Counted from the stretch's first letter, positions 44,015 through 54,750 are shown. The stretch is 64,000 nt of DNA from Candidatus Dojkabacteria bacterium (GCA_030583785.1 CP129475.1:614535-678534); one strand, 5' to 3'. Made by a program: numbers and translations. Notes: a model not told the origin generated them from the letters alone.

Positions 44015-44841
44015 TGCCCGAGTTACCAGAAGTCGAAACAATAGTCCGCCAAATAAGGCCCGGTGTCTTGGGTCAGAGAATTGTTGGATTCTCTCTAAGA
44101 GCGGGAGGCGAAAGCTTGGTAAAGCCTTACTCAGAAGAAGACTTGAAAAGATTATTGTTCGATAAAACAATAATCAGTCTAAGCAGAATAGGTAAATTTA
44201 TTCGCTTTCAGTTGAGCGACAATTCAGCCATCATCTCGCACCTAAGGATGACAGGGCGGCTGTATTTAGCCGAAAGAATTGACGATCACAAGCACAATCG
44301 CTTGGGTTTATTTCTTGAAGATGCGGTTCTCAACTTTCTGGACACCAGAAGATTTGCTACCTTTCACTACCTGCCTTCTAAATCGCTGTACAAAGGACTA
44401 TTAAATCTCGGACCCGATGCACTAAGTGACGAATTCAATTCCGATTATCTAGTAAAAGCATTGGCAAATAGAACCAAGTCCATTTATGCCAGTTTAATGG
44501 ATCAATCGATAGTCGCTGGACTTGGCAATATATATGCAAACGAGACGCTCTATGCCGCTAGAATTCATCCATTACAACCATCTCGGGGAATCGATGAGAC
44601 AAAGGCGAAAAAAATAGTCTCGCACGCAAAGAGGATTCTTAATGAAGCACTTGAATTTAGAGGCACAACCCTTATTGATAGAACATATCTGGATGCAGAA
44701 GGAGAAGGTGGAAATTACTTTAACAGACTAAATGTTTACGGAAAAAGCAAAACACTAGACGGAAACAACCCTGTCGAGAAAACTAAAATCGGTGGCAGGA
44801 CAGTATATTTTTCACCCAAGAAGCAGATGCTTGGAGATTAG
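44014..44841 (+). CDS. mutM: formamidopyrimidine-DNA glycosylase (Fpg/Nei family), zinc-less C-terminus
   Basis: MPELPEVETI N-terminus (catalytic Pro2/Glu3) and a helix-two-turn-helix region. The C-terminus lacks the CxxC zinc finger. Confidence 0.85.
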   Translation: MPELPEVETIVRQIRPGVLGQRIVGFSLRAGGESLVKPYSEEDLKRLLFDKTIISLSRIGKFIRFQLSDNSAIISHLRMTGRLYLAERIDDHKHNRLGLFLEDAVLNFLDTRRFATFHYLPSKSLYKGLLNLGPDALSDEFNSDYLVKALANRTKSIYASLMDQSIVAGLGNIYANETLYAARIHPLQPSRGIDETKAKKIVSHAKRILNEALEFRGTTLIDRTYLDAEGEGGNYFNRLNVYGKSKTLDGNNPVEKTKIGGRTVYFSPKKQMLGD

Positions 44842-45947
44842 ATGAACTGAGTAAGCGTAAGCCTAGGAGAACGATCGATTTTATCGGTTTCTGTAAAATC
44901 TGCTTCGAGATATTTATAATACCCTACAAGTGCTATCATAGCAGCGTTATCAACAAACATTTTCTTAGTATAAGCATACTTAAGTTCGAGCTTTTTTTGT
45001 TTGCAGAAATCGCGGACTCTTTTTCGGACATAAGCATTTGAGACTACCCCACCACCAAGAAGTATTGTATTAGGTTTATATTTGGCGGTTAGCATAGTTA
45101 TTCTATCAAGCAAGTGTGTTACAGCAGAAACTTGAAATCCGGCGGCAATATCTGCAATTTGTTGCCGAGTAAGAGGCTTTGCTTCTTTCATCTTTTTTAC
45201 TAAATAATAGAGGGCTGTCTTTAGTCCTGAGTAACTAAAGGCTTCTCTCTTATCCCCTTTAAGTGGAACGGGAATGCTGAATTTTGTAGGATCACCCTGT
45301 TTTGCCATTTCGGTTAATGCCTTGGCTCCAGGAAAACCAAGTCCCAACATTCGCGCAACTTTGTCGTAGGCCTCGCCCATTGCATCATCCATAGTTTCGG
45401 CTACGATCTGATAGTTTCTCCAGTTATTAATTAGAACAAGTTCTGTGTGTCCTCCAGAAATCAAAACGCCCAAAGCAGGATACTTCAGATTTCGATAATC
45501 CATTCCTTTTGCACCCTTATTGTTTGCAGCCAGTGCTGATAACAAATGCCCCTCCATGTGATTAACACTGATTAGTGGAATAGAATACTTATCAGCGAAG
45601 TTAATTGCTCCTTCAATGCCGACACCCAGAGCGATAGCCAAACCCGGACCAACAGTAACTGCAACAGCATTAATAGCTTCTGGTTTAACACTTTTATCAA
45701 TTTTTGCTGCCCTGGAAAAAGCCTCTTCTATTACCTTTGGCAGCCTTTCGCGATGTGCATTTCTGGCAATGTCTGGCACGACCCCACCAAAAGACATATG
45801 AAGATCATCTTGTGAACTTACAACATTGGCAAGAACTTGATTATTGCGAGTTATTGCAACAGAGGTGTCATCACAACTTGTATCTATCCCTAGGATATAA
45901 CAGTTTTCGGTTTTATTTCGTCTCTTATCGGCGTTATTCTTATTCAT
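44838..45947 (-). CDS. tsaD: tRNA N6-adenosine threonylcarbamoyltransferase (Kae1/TsaD family)
   Basis: ILGIDTSCDDTSVAI, NHMEGHLLSA (HxxH metal site) and the ASKH actin-like fold. 369 aa. Confidence 0.9.
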   Translation of the reverse strand: MNKNNADKRRNKTENCYILGIDTSCDDTSVAITRNNQVLANVVSSQDDLHMSFGGVVPDIARNAHRERLPKVIEEAFSRAAKIDKSVKPEAINAVAVTVGPGLAIALGVGIEGAINFADKYSIPLISVNHMEGHLLSALAANNKGAKGMDYRNLKYPALGVLISGGHTELVLINNWRNYQIVAETMDDAMGEAYDKVARMLGLGFPGAKALTEMAKQGDPTKFSIPVPLKGDKREAFSYSGLKTALYYLVKKMKEAKPLTRQQIADIAAGFQVSAVTHLLDRITMLTAKYKPNTILLGGGVVSNAYVRKRVRDFCKQKKLELKYAYTKKMFVDNAAMIALVGYYKYLEADFTETDKIDRSPRLTLTQFI

Positions 45948-47055
45948 GCGATTTCACAATCTTAATTCTTCTAGTGTCTTTGTTTGTGTAAAGAATCTCT
46001 ACATTGAAGCGAATAACCTTTACCCCATTCTTAATTGCCTGTTGTGTTTTTTCTCTAATCATTTCTTCAGCTGCTCCTGCCCATTCTATGGCGATAATGT
46101 TTCTGTGCGCAAAGTAGCTTTCTTGAAGGACTTCTTCTAGCTCTGCGACCGATGCCATCCTCCAGGTATCAATATGGATTAGTTTTAGGCCATCATGCGT
46201 ATCGTATTCATTAAGTAATGAGTATGTTGGAGATTTTATGGTTTCGTTAATTCCAAGGGCCAAAGCCACTCCTTTCATAAACTGCGTCTTCCCTGCCCCG
46301 AGTTCTGCGTTGAACGAGATTATAATTAAGGATTCTGCTTTCCCTTTAATGTTTTCCTTTGTAAAAGATGTTCCTAAATCGATCATTTCTTCATAACTTG
46401 TGATTTCTTTCTCGATGATTGGAGTATCGAAAGAGATTGCGCCGCTTCGAATAACTTGCATATCTAGTGTAGTTGTATCAATTACTGTTGAAGTTGGCCT
46501 TTTTGGAAGTTCACCATAATCTAATATCAGATCCAGCATTTCTGTTTTTCGGGCAGGGTTATTCGCTAGAATATCCTCGATACTGTAGGGTGTTTTCTTT
46601 CCAGCCCTATTGGCAGAAGTAGCACTTATCCCCTCTTTAAGCTCTTTAAGTAGTTTAAGAGTAAAATCGAAATCCGGAATTCTTATTCCAAGAGTAGCCT
46701 TTTCGGATTCCAGCCTTGTATCGGCATAATGTTTACTATTACATACAACTGTTAAGGGGCCTGGAAGAAATTGCTTAAAAAGTTGATCTGCTTCATTGTT
46801 TATCTCTACATATCTTTCTGCTGTTTCTCGGTCTGCTACTGCAACCGAAATCGCTTTTCCAACAGGCCTTTCCTTGTATTGCAAAAGCTTTGTTACAGCC
46901 TCGGAATTTGTTGCGAGAGCGCCAACTCCATAAGCTGTTTCTGTAGGAAAAACTATCAAGCCACCATTTCTTAGAACCTTTACGGCCTCTGTAATTGCCT
47001 GCGTTTTGTTTTGTTCATCAATGAGTAATCTTTTCATGAGGTGATTATAAGTCAA
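45940..47055 (-). CDS. fusion of threonylcarbamoyl-AMP synthase (TsaC/YrdC domain) and TsaE (YjeE P-loop ATPase)
   Basis: N-terminus LRNGGLIVFPTETAYGVGA (YrdC/Sua5 signature). C-terminus FNAELGAGKTQFMKGVALALG...TYSLLNEY (TsaE Walker A and signature). Confidence 0.7.
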   Translation of the reverse strand: MTYNHLMKRLLIDEQNKTQAITEAVKVLRNGGLIVFPTETAYGVGALATNSEAVTKLLQYKERPVGKAISVAVADRETAERYVEINNEADQLFKQFLPGPLTVVCNSKHYADTRLESEKATLGIRIPDFDFTLKLLKELKEGISATSANRAGKKTPYSIEDILANNPARKTEMLDLILDYGELPKRPTSTVIDTTTLDMQVIRSGAISFDTPIIEKEITSYEEMIDLGTSFTKENIKGKAESLIIISFNAELGAGKTQFMKGVALALGINETIKSPTYSLLNEYDTHDGLKLIHIDTWRMASVAELEEVLQESYFAHRNIIAIEWAGAAEEMIREKTQQAIKNGVKVIRFNVEILYTNKDTRRIKIVKSHE

Positions 47056-47073
47056 ACTTGAATTTTTCAGAAA

Positions 47074-48309
47074 TCAGTCTTCTTCAATGATTTTCTTTAG
47101 TTCGATCTGCTGAAGCCTAATTGTCCTTCCGTACTTGAAGAATAAGTATAAGGCTGCTATAACCATAATTATTCCAGTGTATGCAAATCCATCTTTAATA
47201 CTAAAATATTCAGCCATCAATCCTCCGAGAAAAGGACCGATTATATAGCCGAGATCAATTGCTACACCTCTTAGCCCGATTAGATGAGTTCCCTGTTCGT
47301 TTAATCTATCAATTAAGTGGGCAAACAGCCCTTCAGTAAGGGTGTACGAAAGCGAGCTGAAGAATCCACTAATAAATCCTAGGGCAAGCAAGATGTGCAA
47401 ATCCTCGCTTAAAAGAAATAGGATTAAAAAGATTCCGGATAAACCCAAAGAGAAAAGCATAGCCTTAACTTCTCCGAATTTATCTGCCCATTTTGGAGCA
47501 TAATAAGTGACTGCTAATCCCGGGATGATATATACAGGAACAAATAGTGCCGCCAGTTCGGGAGATTGCTTAGCATAATATACTGTTAAAAGCGGTCCCA
47601 AAGTCCAATAAATTGCATCCAAAATCATAAGAATCACCATAACCAGTAAGACTGGATATGTATTTCTAGACAACAATTTCCAAATCTTTAACTCGTTGAC
47701 AAAAGAAAGCATTTTACTTGGAGCATGCTGTACATCTTTGCTTCTTTGCGGAGCAAACAGAATAAAGAAAAGCAGACCAATTACAGCAAAGGAAATATAC
47801 AGAAAGAACGATAGATCAAAACTTCTCTGCTCAAGACTTGGAGCTATTATCATGGGAAGCAAGATTGAAGAGATCGTAACTACTAACATGATCATCCCAC
47901 TAGTCTTTACATGTTCTCGATGTGGAACGTGGTTGCCAAGAAACTCTTCATGTCCAAAGCTAAACATTTCGTAGTACAAGCCAGCCAGGATTGTCAGAAC
48001 TAAAAGAGGCCAGACGCCGGGGATAAATAAAAATATGGGGACAAGCAAAGCTATCATAAATCCTGCTAAATAAAAGAATCTGTAATGTCTACCCGCAAAT
48101 CTCCAACTGGTGATCATATTAAAGATAACAGCCATGAAAGAGCCTGCACTAACTATGATTCCAAGAAGCAACAGATTACTTACTGTATCTTCGATAAGCA
48201 CAGGCAGAAGATAAGTTAGTACGATATCGGCTGATGACCAGAAGAAGAATAAGGTAAGGAAAAAAGGAATCTTACGGGCAGAATTTTGTGCAAAAAATTT
48301 TCTGTACAT
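47074..48309 (-). CDS. MFS-type transporter
   Basis: 411 aa, 12 predicted TM helices in two six-helix halves. Confidence 0.65.
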   Translation of the reverse strand: MYRKFFAQNSARKIPFFLTLFFFWSSADIVLTYLLPVLIEDTVSNLLLLGIIVSAGSFMAVIFNMITSWRFAGRHYRFFYLAGFMIALLVPIFLFIPGVWPLLVLTILAGLYYEMFSFGHEEFLGNHVPHREHVKTSGMIMLVVTISSILLPMIIAPSLEQRSFDLSFFLYISFAVIGLLFFILFAPQRSKDVQHAPSKMLSFVNELKIWKLLSRNTYPVLLVMVILMILDAIYWTLGPLLTVYYAKQSPELAALFVPVYIIPGLAVTYYAPKWADKFGEVKAMLFSLGLSGIFLILFLLSEDLHILLALGFISGFFSSLSYTLTEGLFAHLIDRLNEQGTHLIGLRGVAIDLGYIIGPFLGGLMAEYFSIKDGFAYTGIIMVIAALYLFFKYGRTIRLQQIELKKIIEED

Positions 48310-48379
48310 GTAGCAATTATGACAAAAATGAAAACCCTGTACCAGAAGTACAGGGCTCCATAATTTCAGTTAATGATGG

Positions 48380-48661
48380 TTATTTAACCATATCTTTAAA
48401 TTCCTTACCTGGTCTGAAAACAGGAACTGTTCTTGCAGGAATCTTGATGGTCTCACCAGATTGAGGATTTCGGCCTGTGCGTGCTGCTCTTTTTGATGCA
48501 CGGAATGTACCGAAACCTGTCAATGTGACTGAGTCGCCTTTGGCAACATTACTCATAACTGCTGACATGAATGCTTCTAGAGCATCTGCAGCAGCCTTTT
48601 TTGTAAGGCCTGTTTTACCGGCGATAAAATCTACCAATGTGCTTTTATTCATTGTGGGCAC
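48380..48661 (-). CDS. hup: HU-family DNA-binding protein
   Basis: MNKSTLVDFIAGKTGLTKK...GFGTF...R.GRNP.SGE (HU/IHF signature beta-arm). Confidence 0.9.
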   Translation of the reverse strand: MPTMNKSTLVDFIAGKTGLTKKAAADALEAFMSAVMSNVAKGDSVTLTGFGTFRASKRAARTGRNPQSGETIKIPARTVPVFRPGKEFKDMVK

Positions 48662-48982
48662 CCCCTTTCGTGATTGGATTTCTTTTCATGTAAGTTGTTT
48701 TGAAAAGATAAGAGAATATGGGCACAGTATGTACTATCGTGACAAGGAATGTCAAGTATTCGCTTGTTATATAGGGATTCCCACTACTCTACCCAAAGTA
48801 GAGCGTAACAATATTTTAAAAACGCCCCGAGGTAGTAGGAATAATAACATTGCCAGCCAAGAAGCATTGCACGAGTTGAGTTTCCAAAAACCTAACCTTT
48901 TAACAACCTGCAACTGGGCATCAAGCCAAAGAACCAGATTTCACTTAAAGGAGAATTGTATACGATTTTTTTTCGTGAAAAA

Positions 48983-49783
48983 TTATGCCGATATCGTGCG
49001 ATCGAGCCTATTAATTGAAACTGCCTTACCCTTTATTATTTCAATTACAACAGAATTAAATACCCTTCTACCTTGTGTTTGCATTTGTTTCGCTTTTTTA
49101 AACGGATACTTAAAATTATGAATTACTTCATCAAATCCGGCCCATAACGATGCATCAAGCGGTCCAACCATTCCCAGGTCGCTCACAAATGCTGCCCTAC
49201 CGATAATTCTTGCATCTGCAGTTGGAACATGAGTGTGAGTCCCTACGACTGCACTTACCCGCTCGGCAAGGTAATAGGCAAAAGAAATCTTCTCGGCAGT
49301 TGCCTCTGCATGGAAATCAATAACAATAGCGTCTGTTTCTTTTACTCCGTCTTCCTTCAGTTTCTCTAGCAGAGTATCAATCGACCAGAAGGGATTCCTG
49401 ACAAATTCATGCATAAACACCTGACCCAACATATTTATAATAACTAGCTTTTCCGAACCCATATCAATTACCTCGTAACCCTTTCCTGGAATCTGCTCTT
49501 CTTGTTCATAATTGTAAGGCCGCACAAGAGGCAGCCTTAGATCCTGCAGATCATTAAGAAAATCTGAAATCTTCCAAACATGATCACCGCTGGTGAAAAA
49601 ATCAATTCCATAACCAGATAGCTCGTCTAAAATCTGTCTTGTTATTCCGTATCCGCCGGCTGCGTTTTCACAGTTGGCAATCACGAAATCTATTCCCTCG
49701 TTGGCCTTAATTTGTGGTAATAATTTTGCTACTGTTTCTCTTCCTGGTCTTCCAGAAATATCCCCTATGCACATTATCTTCAT
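48983..49783 (-). CDS. YmdB-like metallophosphoesterase (2',3'-cyclic-nucleotide phosphodiesterase family)
   Basis: MKIMCIGDISGRPGR...FVIANCENAAGGYG N-terminal motifs of the YmdB/TIGR00282 family. Confidence 0.75.
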   Translation of the reverse strand: MKIMCIGDISGRPGRETVAKLLPQIKANEGIDFVIANCENAAGGYGITRQILDELSGYGIDFFTSGDHVWKISDFLNDLQDLRLPLVRPYNYEQEEQIPGKGYEVIDMGSEKLVIINMLGQVFMHEFVRNPFWSIDTLLEKLKEDGVKETDAIVIDFHAEATAEKISFAYYLAERVSAVVGTHTHVPTADARIIGRAAFVSDLGMVGPLDASLWAGFDEVIHNFKYPFKKAKQMQTQGRRVFNSVVIEIIKGKAVSINRLDRTISA

Positions 49784-49805
49784 TTCAATTCAAGCTAAAG
49801 TTAGA

Positions 49806-50394
49806 TATGTTAAAATACCTTATGGTAAAAGATATCCTACAAATTGGTCATCCGATTTTAACTCAAAAGACCCGTACTGTCACGGATTTTGAAGACTCTG
49901 TAGTTCGCGAGACAATCGTTAACCTTTTAGACACCTGTATTGCCAACAAGTCGATTTCAGCTGGACTGGCTGCTCCGCAAATTGGCTCAGATCTAAGCAT
50001 CTGCGTTGTCAGGAGAACAGATCTAGAAGATAGTCGCTCAAAAAAGATTGCAGACGATCAGCTTTGGAAAGTACTAATTAACCCGACCATTTCAGGACAA
50101 AGCGATTCATTTAGTGAAATCTGGGAAGCCTGTCTTAGCATTGGAACAGGAAGAGATAGACTATACGGTCCTGTATCCAGACCAGCCGAAGTAGAAATCA
50201 GTTTTGCCGATGAACAGGGTAATAGGAGAACAATCGCCGGTGAAGGATTCTTTTCTCACCTTCTACAACATGAGATTGATCATTTAAATGGAAAGCTGTT
50301 TATTTCGTATATCAGCAACCCCTCTAACCTCTGGAGGTCTGCCGATCTAGACAACTATCTTGCAGAAAACGATCAATACCCCATAATTAAGTAG
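49806..50394 (+). CDS. def: peptide deformylase
   Basis: GLAAPQIG, EACLS (EGCLS motif), HEIDHLNG (HExxH). Start chosen at MLKYLMVKDIL. Confidence 0.85.
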
Positions 50395-51835
50395 CCTTAT
50401 CCCCTACCCTGTATAAAAAAGCTTCATCGATATGCTCTGTTTTAACGGCTTCGCATAATTCAAGATCAGCAATAGAACGCGCTACAGACAACACTTTGTG
50501 GTAGGAACGAACAGACATGTTAAGACCATCTGCTAGATAGATGATTCTTGTGTTGGCCTTATTTGTTATTGGACTAGACTTTCGTTGCCTTGCAAATTCA
50601 ACCGCTTGTTGAACTTTATACCTAATATTCTCTGACTTTTCTATTTTATTGGAATTACTTGCCTTTGATAGATTGACCCTATTTACAACAAAGTTCATGT
50701 CGATTCTATCAATGATTGGTCCGCTGATTTTTTTATTATAACGCAATACTCCTGCAGGAGAACAAATGCATTCGTTGTTTGGATCTCCTAAATATCCACA
50801 TTTACATGGATTCATTGCTGCCAAAAGTTGAAAATCTGCCGGAAAAACCACAGAGTGCAGAGATCTATTAATGGTAACGCATTTTTCTTGAAGAGGTTGC
50901 CTGAGGGATTCTATTGCTTGAGTTGAAAACTCGTTGAATTCATCGAGAAACAGTATTCCGTTGTGGGCTAATGTAATCTCTCCGGGCTTAAGAGTCGAAC
51001 CACCACCACACAGCGAGGTTCGAGTAATTGTGTGATGTGGGGAACGAAATGGCCTGTTTATAATAAGCAACTCTTGCTTGGACACAATACCCGCAACACT
51101 GTGTATTTTTGTTGTCTCTAGTTTTTGATCGAGCGTCATTGGCGGCAAAATTGACGATAAAGACCTTGCAAGCATACTTTTTCCGGATCCAGGCGAACCA
51201 GACAACAGAATGTGATGTCTGCCTGTGGCAGCAATTTGCAGTGCCCTCTTTGCTTGATCTTGACCGATAATTTCTGAAAAATCGTAATTATTCTCGCATA
51301 TTTCCGCAGATTGAAAATCTGCCGTCGAAACACTCATTCGCCTTGGATTACTGCATTCCGAAAGGTTTTTGATTCCATAGGCATTAATTCCCGCAATAAT
51401 ACCCGATTCTTTTGCGTTAATTGTTGAGGTAATTAGCTTAGAATAACCCTTTTTCTTAATTGAATCTGCCACCACAAGAACTCCGGGTAGTCTTTTAAGT
51501 GTTCCATACAATGACAATTCTCCCCAGTAGATTGCATTTGATTTCTGTTTTAGCTGACCTGAAGCAACTAAAACTGCAACAGCAATTGGCAAATCAAAAC
51601 CAGCGCCACTTTTAACAAGCTCTGCAGGAGCAAGATTAATAGTAATTCTACTTAAAGGGAAAGAATAACCCGAAGACTTAATAGCTACACGAACCCTTTC
51701 TCTAGCTTCGAGCACTGCCCTACCCGGGAGTCCGACAATATCAAACCTAGGCAGGCCGGGATCTATGCTAGCTTCTACATCAATAATATCTGCATTTAGC
51801 CCAAAAATTGCTGCTGTTTTTACTTGTGCATACAT
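50387..51835 (-). CDS. comM: Mg-chelatase-like AAA+ ATPase YifB/ComM
   Basis: HILLSGSPGSGKSMLARSL Walker A, N-terminal Lon-like domain, C-terminal ChlI-like region. Confidence 0.85.
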   Translation of the reverse strand: MYAQVKTAAIFGLNADIIDVEASIDPGLPRFDIVGLPGRAVLEARERVRVAIKSSGYSFPLSRITINLAPAELVKSGAGFDLPIAVAVLVASGQLKQKSNAIYWGELSLYGTLKRLPGVLVVADSIKKKGYSKLITSTINAKESGIIAGINAYGIKNLSECSNPRRMSVSTADFQSAEICENNYDFSEIIGQDQAKRALQIAATGRHHILLSGSPGSGKSMLARSLSSILPPMTLDQKLETTKIHSVAGIVSKQELLIINRPFRSPHHTITRTSLCGGGSTLKPGEITLAHNGILFLDEFNEFSTQAIESLRQPLQEKCVTINRSLHSVVFPADFQLLAAMNPCKCGYLGDPNNECICSPAGVLRYNKKISGPIIDRIDMNFVVNRVNLSKASNSNKIEKSENIRYKVQQAVEFARQRKSSPITNKANTRIIYLADGLNMSVRSYHKVLSVARSIADLELCEAVKTEHIDEAFLYRVGDKAT

Positions 51836-51881
51836 CTCGTAAAGATCTATACAACAAGCGTATCACAGGTTTCTTAACTAA

Positions 51882-53714
51882 TTATATTCTTTCATGTGAA
51901 AAAATATTTTGTACATTTTTTTGCCAGTTGTTTATCACAGAGAAGCCATGCATCCAAAAATCCCTATCCTGCAACGAGATATCAAGCTCTTGAAGCATTT
52001 CTATTGGATATGCGGTTCGTCCAAAAGTGAGTATCTTTTTTAACTTGTTTACTGCAACCTCTCCAGAATCTTTATACATCGCGAATAAGGATAAGGCTAA
52101 TAGTTCACCAAATGCATAGGCATATACATAAAATGGAGAATTTACGAAATGTGGAATATAGGCCCATTCGTAAGAAAAAATTTGATCAACATCGACCGAA
52201 TCTCCAAAATGAGCTAACAGATTCTGATAGTACCGACTTGACACATCCTCTGGGTTAGTTCCCTTGGCAAACAATGCAAATGCCTCCTTTTCGAACATCG
52301 AGAAATTTATCTGACGCATAATTGTTGCGTACGAATCAGCAAGCCTTTCCATAAGCAGTTTCTGCTGTGTTTCTGTATCCACGAGTTGCATCATTCTGTC
52401 AAACAATAGCAGTTCGGCAAAAGTCGAAGCCGTTTCTGCCAAGGGTAATGTAGGATTCTGTCCAGAGTAGGGGTTTACAGAAGAGTAGAGAGAATGGACT
52501 GCATGACCAAGTTCGTGGGCAAGAGTAAACACATCTCTCGTTTTACCCGTAAAGTTAAGAAACACATAGGGTGTAATCTTGGGGTGAATTGTTGCACAGA
52601 ATGCTCCCGGTGCTTTTTTCGGGCTCGGATGTGAATCGATATGACCTTCTGCAACAACTCTTTTTGCTTTATCCGCAAAATCTTTGTCAAATCCTTCGAA
52701 TGTATCAATAACTAGATCTAAAGCCTCGGCAAATGAATACTTAGTTTTATCGGAATCCTTTAGAGGTGCGTATAGATCAAATCTTCGTAGCTTAGGTATT
52801 TTAAGTAGATTTGCTTTTAATTCAAAGAAATTGTGAAAAATGCCCAGATTTTCTGAACAAACAGAGTAGAGTAGGTCGATTAGCTCGTCAGGGAGATCAT
52901 TTGCCCGGTTGCGCATTGAGATCGGTTCGTTATATCCACGCAAGTTCGCCACAGAAGACCAGTCTTTTGCAATCGCCTGGTAGATAATAAAATACTTATC
53001 TAAATTTTTCTCGTATTCCTTAAACAAAACTCGATAGGCACTCTCTCGATTCTTTGGGTTGGCATCGGTTGTTAACTTGCTAAGCTCCGCCTGAGTTCGA
53101 ATGACTTTTGTTTTCTTTTCCCCATCTAATTTTATCTTGTATTGTTGCTCAGATTCAATAATCCTTCTTAGATCAAGCAGTGGCTCAGATAGTTGCAGAT
53201 CCTTTTGAAGAATTATCCTTTCCTCAACATCCGAAAGCGTATGCAAAGCAAGTTCCCTAGATCGCCAAAGTAAATGCTTATGTTCTGGAACGATAGAGAA
53301 GAGGACCTCCGCTTGTTCATCGTTTAATTTCTCAGGACCAACCACATCTTTACCCTGAAGCCAGTGATCAATAAAACGAACAGACTCTTCTGCTGCAATA
53401 ACAATATCTAATGCCGTTGCTTTCATTTCCCTAGCTTTGATATCTGTTCTGTCAGTAAGTTCTTTAAGAGCAGGGTAATCATATATGCAAGCAATTACGG
53501 ATTTAAGATACTCAATTTCATTTAACATTTTTACAAACTGCTTCTTCTCCATTTGTGGAGAAAGATGCTTTCGCCAGGTGACGATCTTATCTATTCTCTT
53601 CTTTGTATCCGCAATTAATTGAGGAAAGGTTTCATTAGTAGCAATGTCGCTTAAATCCCATAATAGACTATCTTTCATATTGGAAAAACTAAGTAATAGT
53701 CTCGATTGTAACAA
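51882..53714 (-). CDS. pepF: oligoendopeptidase F (M3 family)
   Basis: HELGHAVHS (HExxH) with a downstream E. 610 aa. Confidence 0.8.
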   Translation of the reverse strand: MLQSRLLLSFSNMKDSLLWDLSDIATNETFPQLIADTKKRIDKIVTWRKHLSPQMEKKQFVKMLNEIEYLKSVIACIYDYPALKELTDRTDIKAREMKATALDIVIAAEESVRFIDHWLQGKDVVGPEKLNDEQAEVLFSIVPEHKHLLWRSRELALHTLSDVEERIILQKDLQLSEPLLDLRRIIESEQQYKIKLDGEKKTKVIRTQAELSKLTTDANPKNRESAYRVLFKEYEKNLDKYFIIYQAIAKDWSSVANLRGYNEPISMRNRANDLPDELIDLLYSVCSENLGIFHNFFELKANLLKIPKLRRFDLYAPLKDSDKTKYSFAEALDLVIDTFEGFDKDFADKAKRVVAEGHIDSHPSPKKAPGAFCATIHPKITPYVFLNFTGKTRDVFTLAHELGHAVHSLYSSVNPYSGQNPTLPLAETASTFAELLLFDRMMQLVDTETQQKLLMERLADSYATIMRQINFSMFEKEAFALFAKGTNPEDVSSRYYQNLLAHFGDSVDVDQIFSYEWAYIPHFVNSPFYVYAYAFGELLALSLFAMYKDSGEVAVNKLKKILTFGRTAYPIEMLQELDISLQDRDFWMHGFSVINNWQKNVQNIFSHERI

Positions 53715-53721
53715 AATATTT

Positions 53722-54216
53722 CTACTTAGATAGCTTCTTTACAACAAAGACTATAAGGGGCAGAGCAATGACAATCAGAATCAATAACGGTATCTGGACT
53801 AATTCAAGCGTGTCTATCCAGATAGTTATTCCTATACTTTGAGCATCAGCCGAATCGACTGTATCAACTGCTGACCTGGCGGCATCAAAGTATGTTGCGC
53901 TATCAGACTCTTGAAGTAGACCAATTTCGTTAGAACTCGCGATTGAGTTCTGTTGAGCAGAGTCAAATTCATTAATAATTTGTGCTGAAAATAGAATCAT
54001 AGCAACAAATAAGATAGCCGAAAAAACTGAAGCAAGTAGGGGACGATATAAAAATAGTTTTATTAAGACCACCCATGAAGGTCCCTTTTTATTCAGCGAT
54101 AGCGTGTTGATTTCTGCTTTAGTCAAAATCCTCTCCAGCAATCTATCCTCGTTTCTCTTCGAGAGAGAATTGTTCTTGGACCAATTTTTTAATTCTTCTT
54201 CAATTTTCATTATCAT
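53722..54216 (-). CDS. membrane protein, putative anti-sigma factor
   Basis: 164 aa with a single TM segment. Overlaps the stop of the ECF sigma gene. Confidence 0.4.
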   Translation of the reverse strand: MIMKIEEELKNWSKNNSLSKRNEDRLLERILTKAEINTLSLNKKGPSWVVLIKLFLYRPLLASVFSAILFVAMILFSAQIINEFDSAQQNSIASSNEIGLLQESDSATYFDAARSAVDTVDSADAQSIGITIWIDTLELVQIPLLILIVIALPLIVFVVKKLSK

Positions 54217-54724
54217 TTCGATATTCTAAAGCAATTTTCTGAGCACTCTTTAAAGCACGATGATGAAGTACCTTTGCGGTATTTGTTTTTATTCCCATGC
54301 TTTCGGCCGCTTCCTGTAGAGAGAACCGAGATAAATAAATTAGTTCTAAAATTGTTCTATAGCGATTATTGAGTTTGGTCATAATGCTTTGTAATCTATA
54401 GTCAGATTTAATGGTTCCTGATTCCTCTACACGATAATCCTCATGTCCCTCAGGCAAGTGCACATATCTGGATTCGTTTTTATAATACTTTGCTAACTCA
54501 TTACGCGTTATTGCAAACAACCATGTTTTAAAGGAACTCTCAGCCCTAAATTTTGCTATATTCGTGAAGGCTTTAACAAAAACCTCTGAACAAATATCTT
54601 CGGCAGCGCTATTACTGTCAACCCGAAACCTAATATAGGAATATAACCACACAATGTTGGCACGATAAAGCTCGGCTAGCGCTTGCTTGTCGCCTGATTT
54701 TGCAGAGGAGATAAGATCGATCAT
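54200..54724 (-). CDS. ECF-type sigma-70 family RNA polymerase sigma factor
   Basis: Region 2 (WLYSYIRFRV...) and region 4 HTH (LSRFSLQEAAESMGIKTNTAKVLHHRALK). 174 aa. Confidence 0.8.
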   Translation of the reverse strand: MIDLISSAKSGDKQALAELYRANIVWLYSYIRFRVDSNSAAEDICSEVFVKAFTNIAKFRAESSFKTWLFAITRNELAKYYKNESRYVHLPEGHEDYRVEESGTIKSDYRLQSIMTKLNNRYRTILELIYLSRFSLQEAAESMGIKTNTAKVLHHRALKSAQKIALEYRNDNEN

Positions 54725-54750
54725 GTCTACTTATTATTAGATCGAGATGG

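Noticed and set aside
44014-44841. Fpg lacking the C-terminal zinc finger as an anomaly
   Set aside because: Zinc-less Fpg/Nei variants with a beta-hairpin 'zincless finger' are well established. This is not evidence of truncation, and the ORF ends at a proper stop with the next gene convergent.
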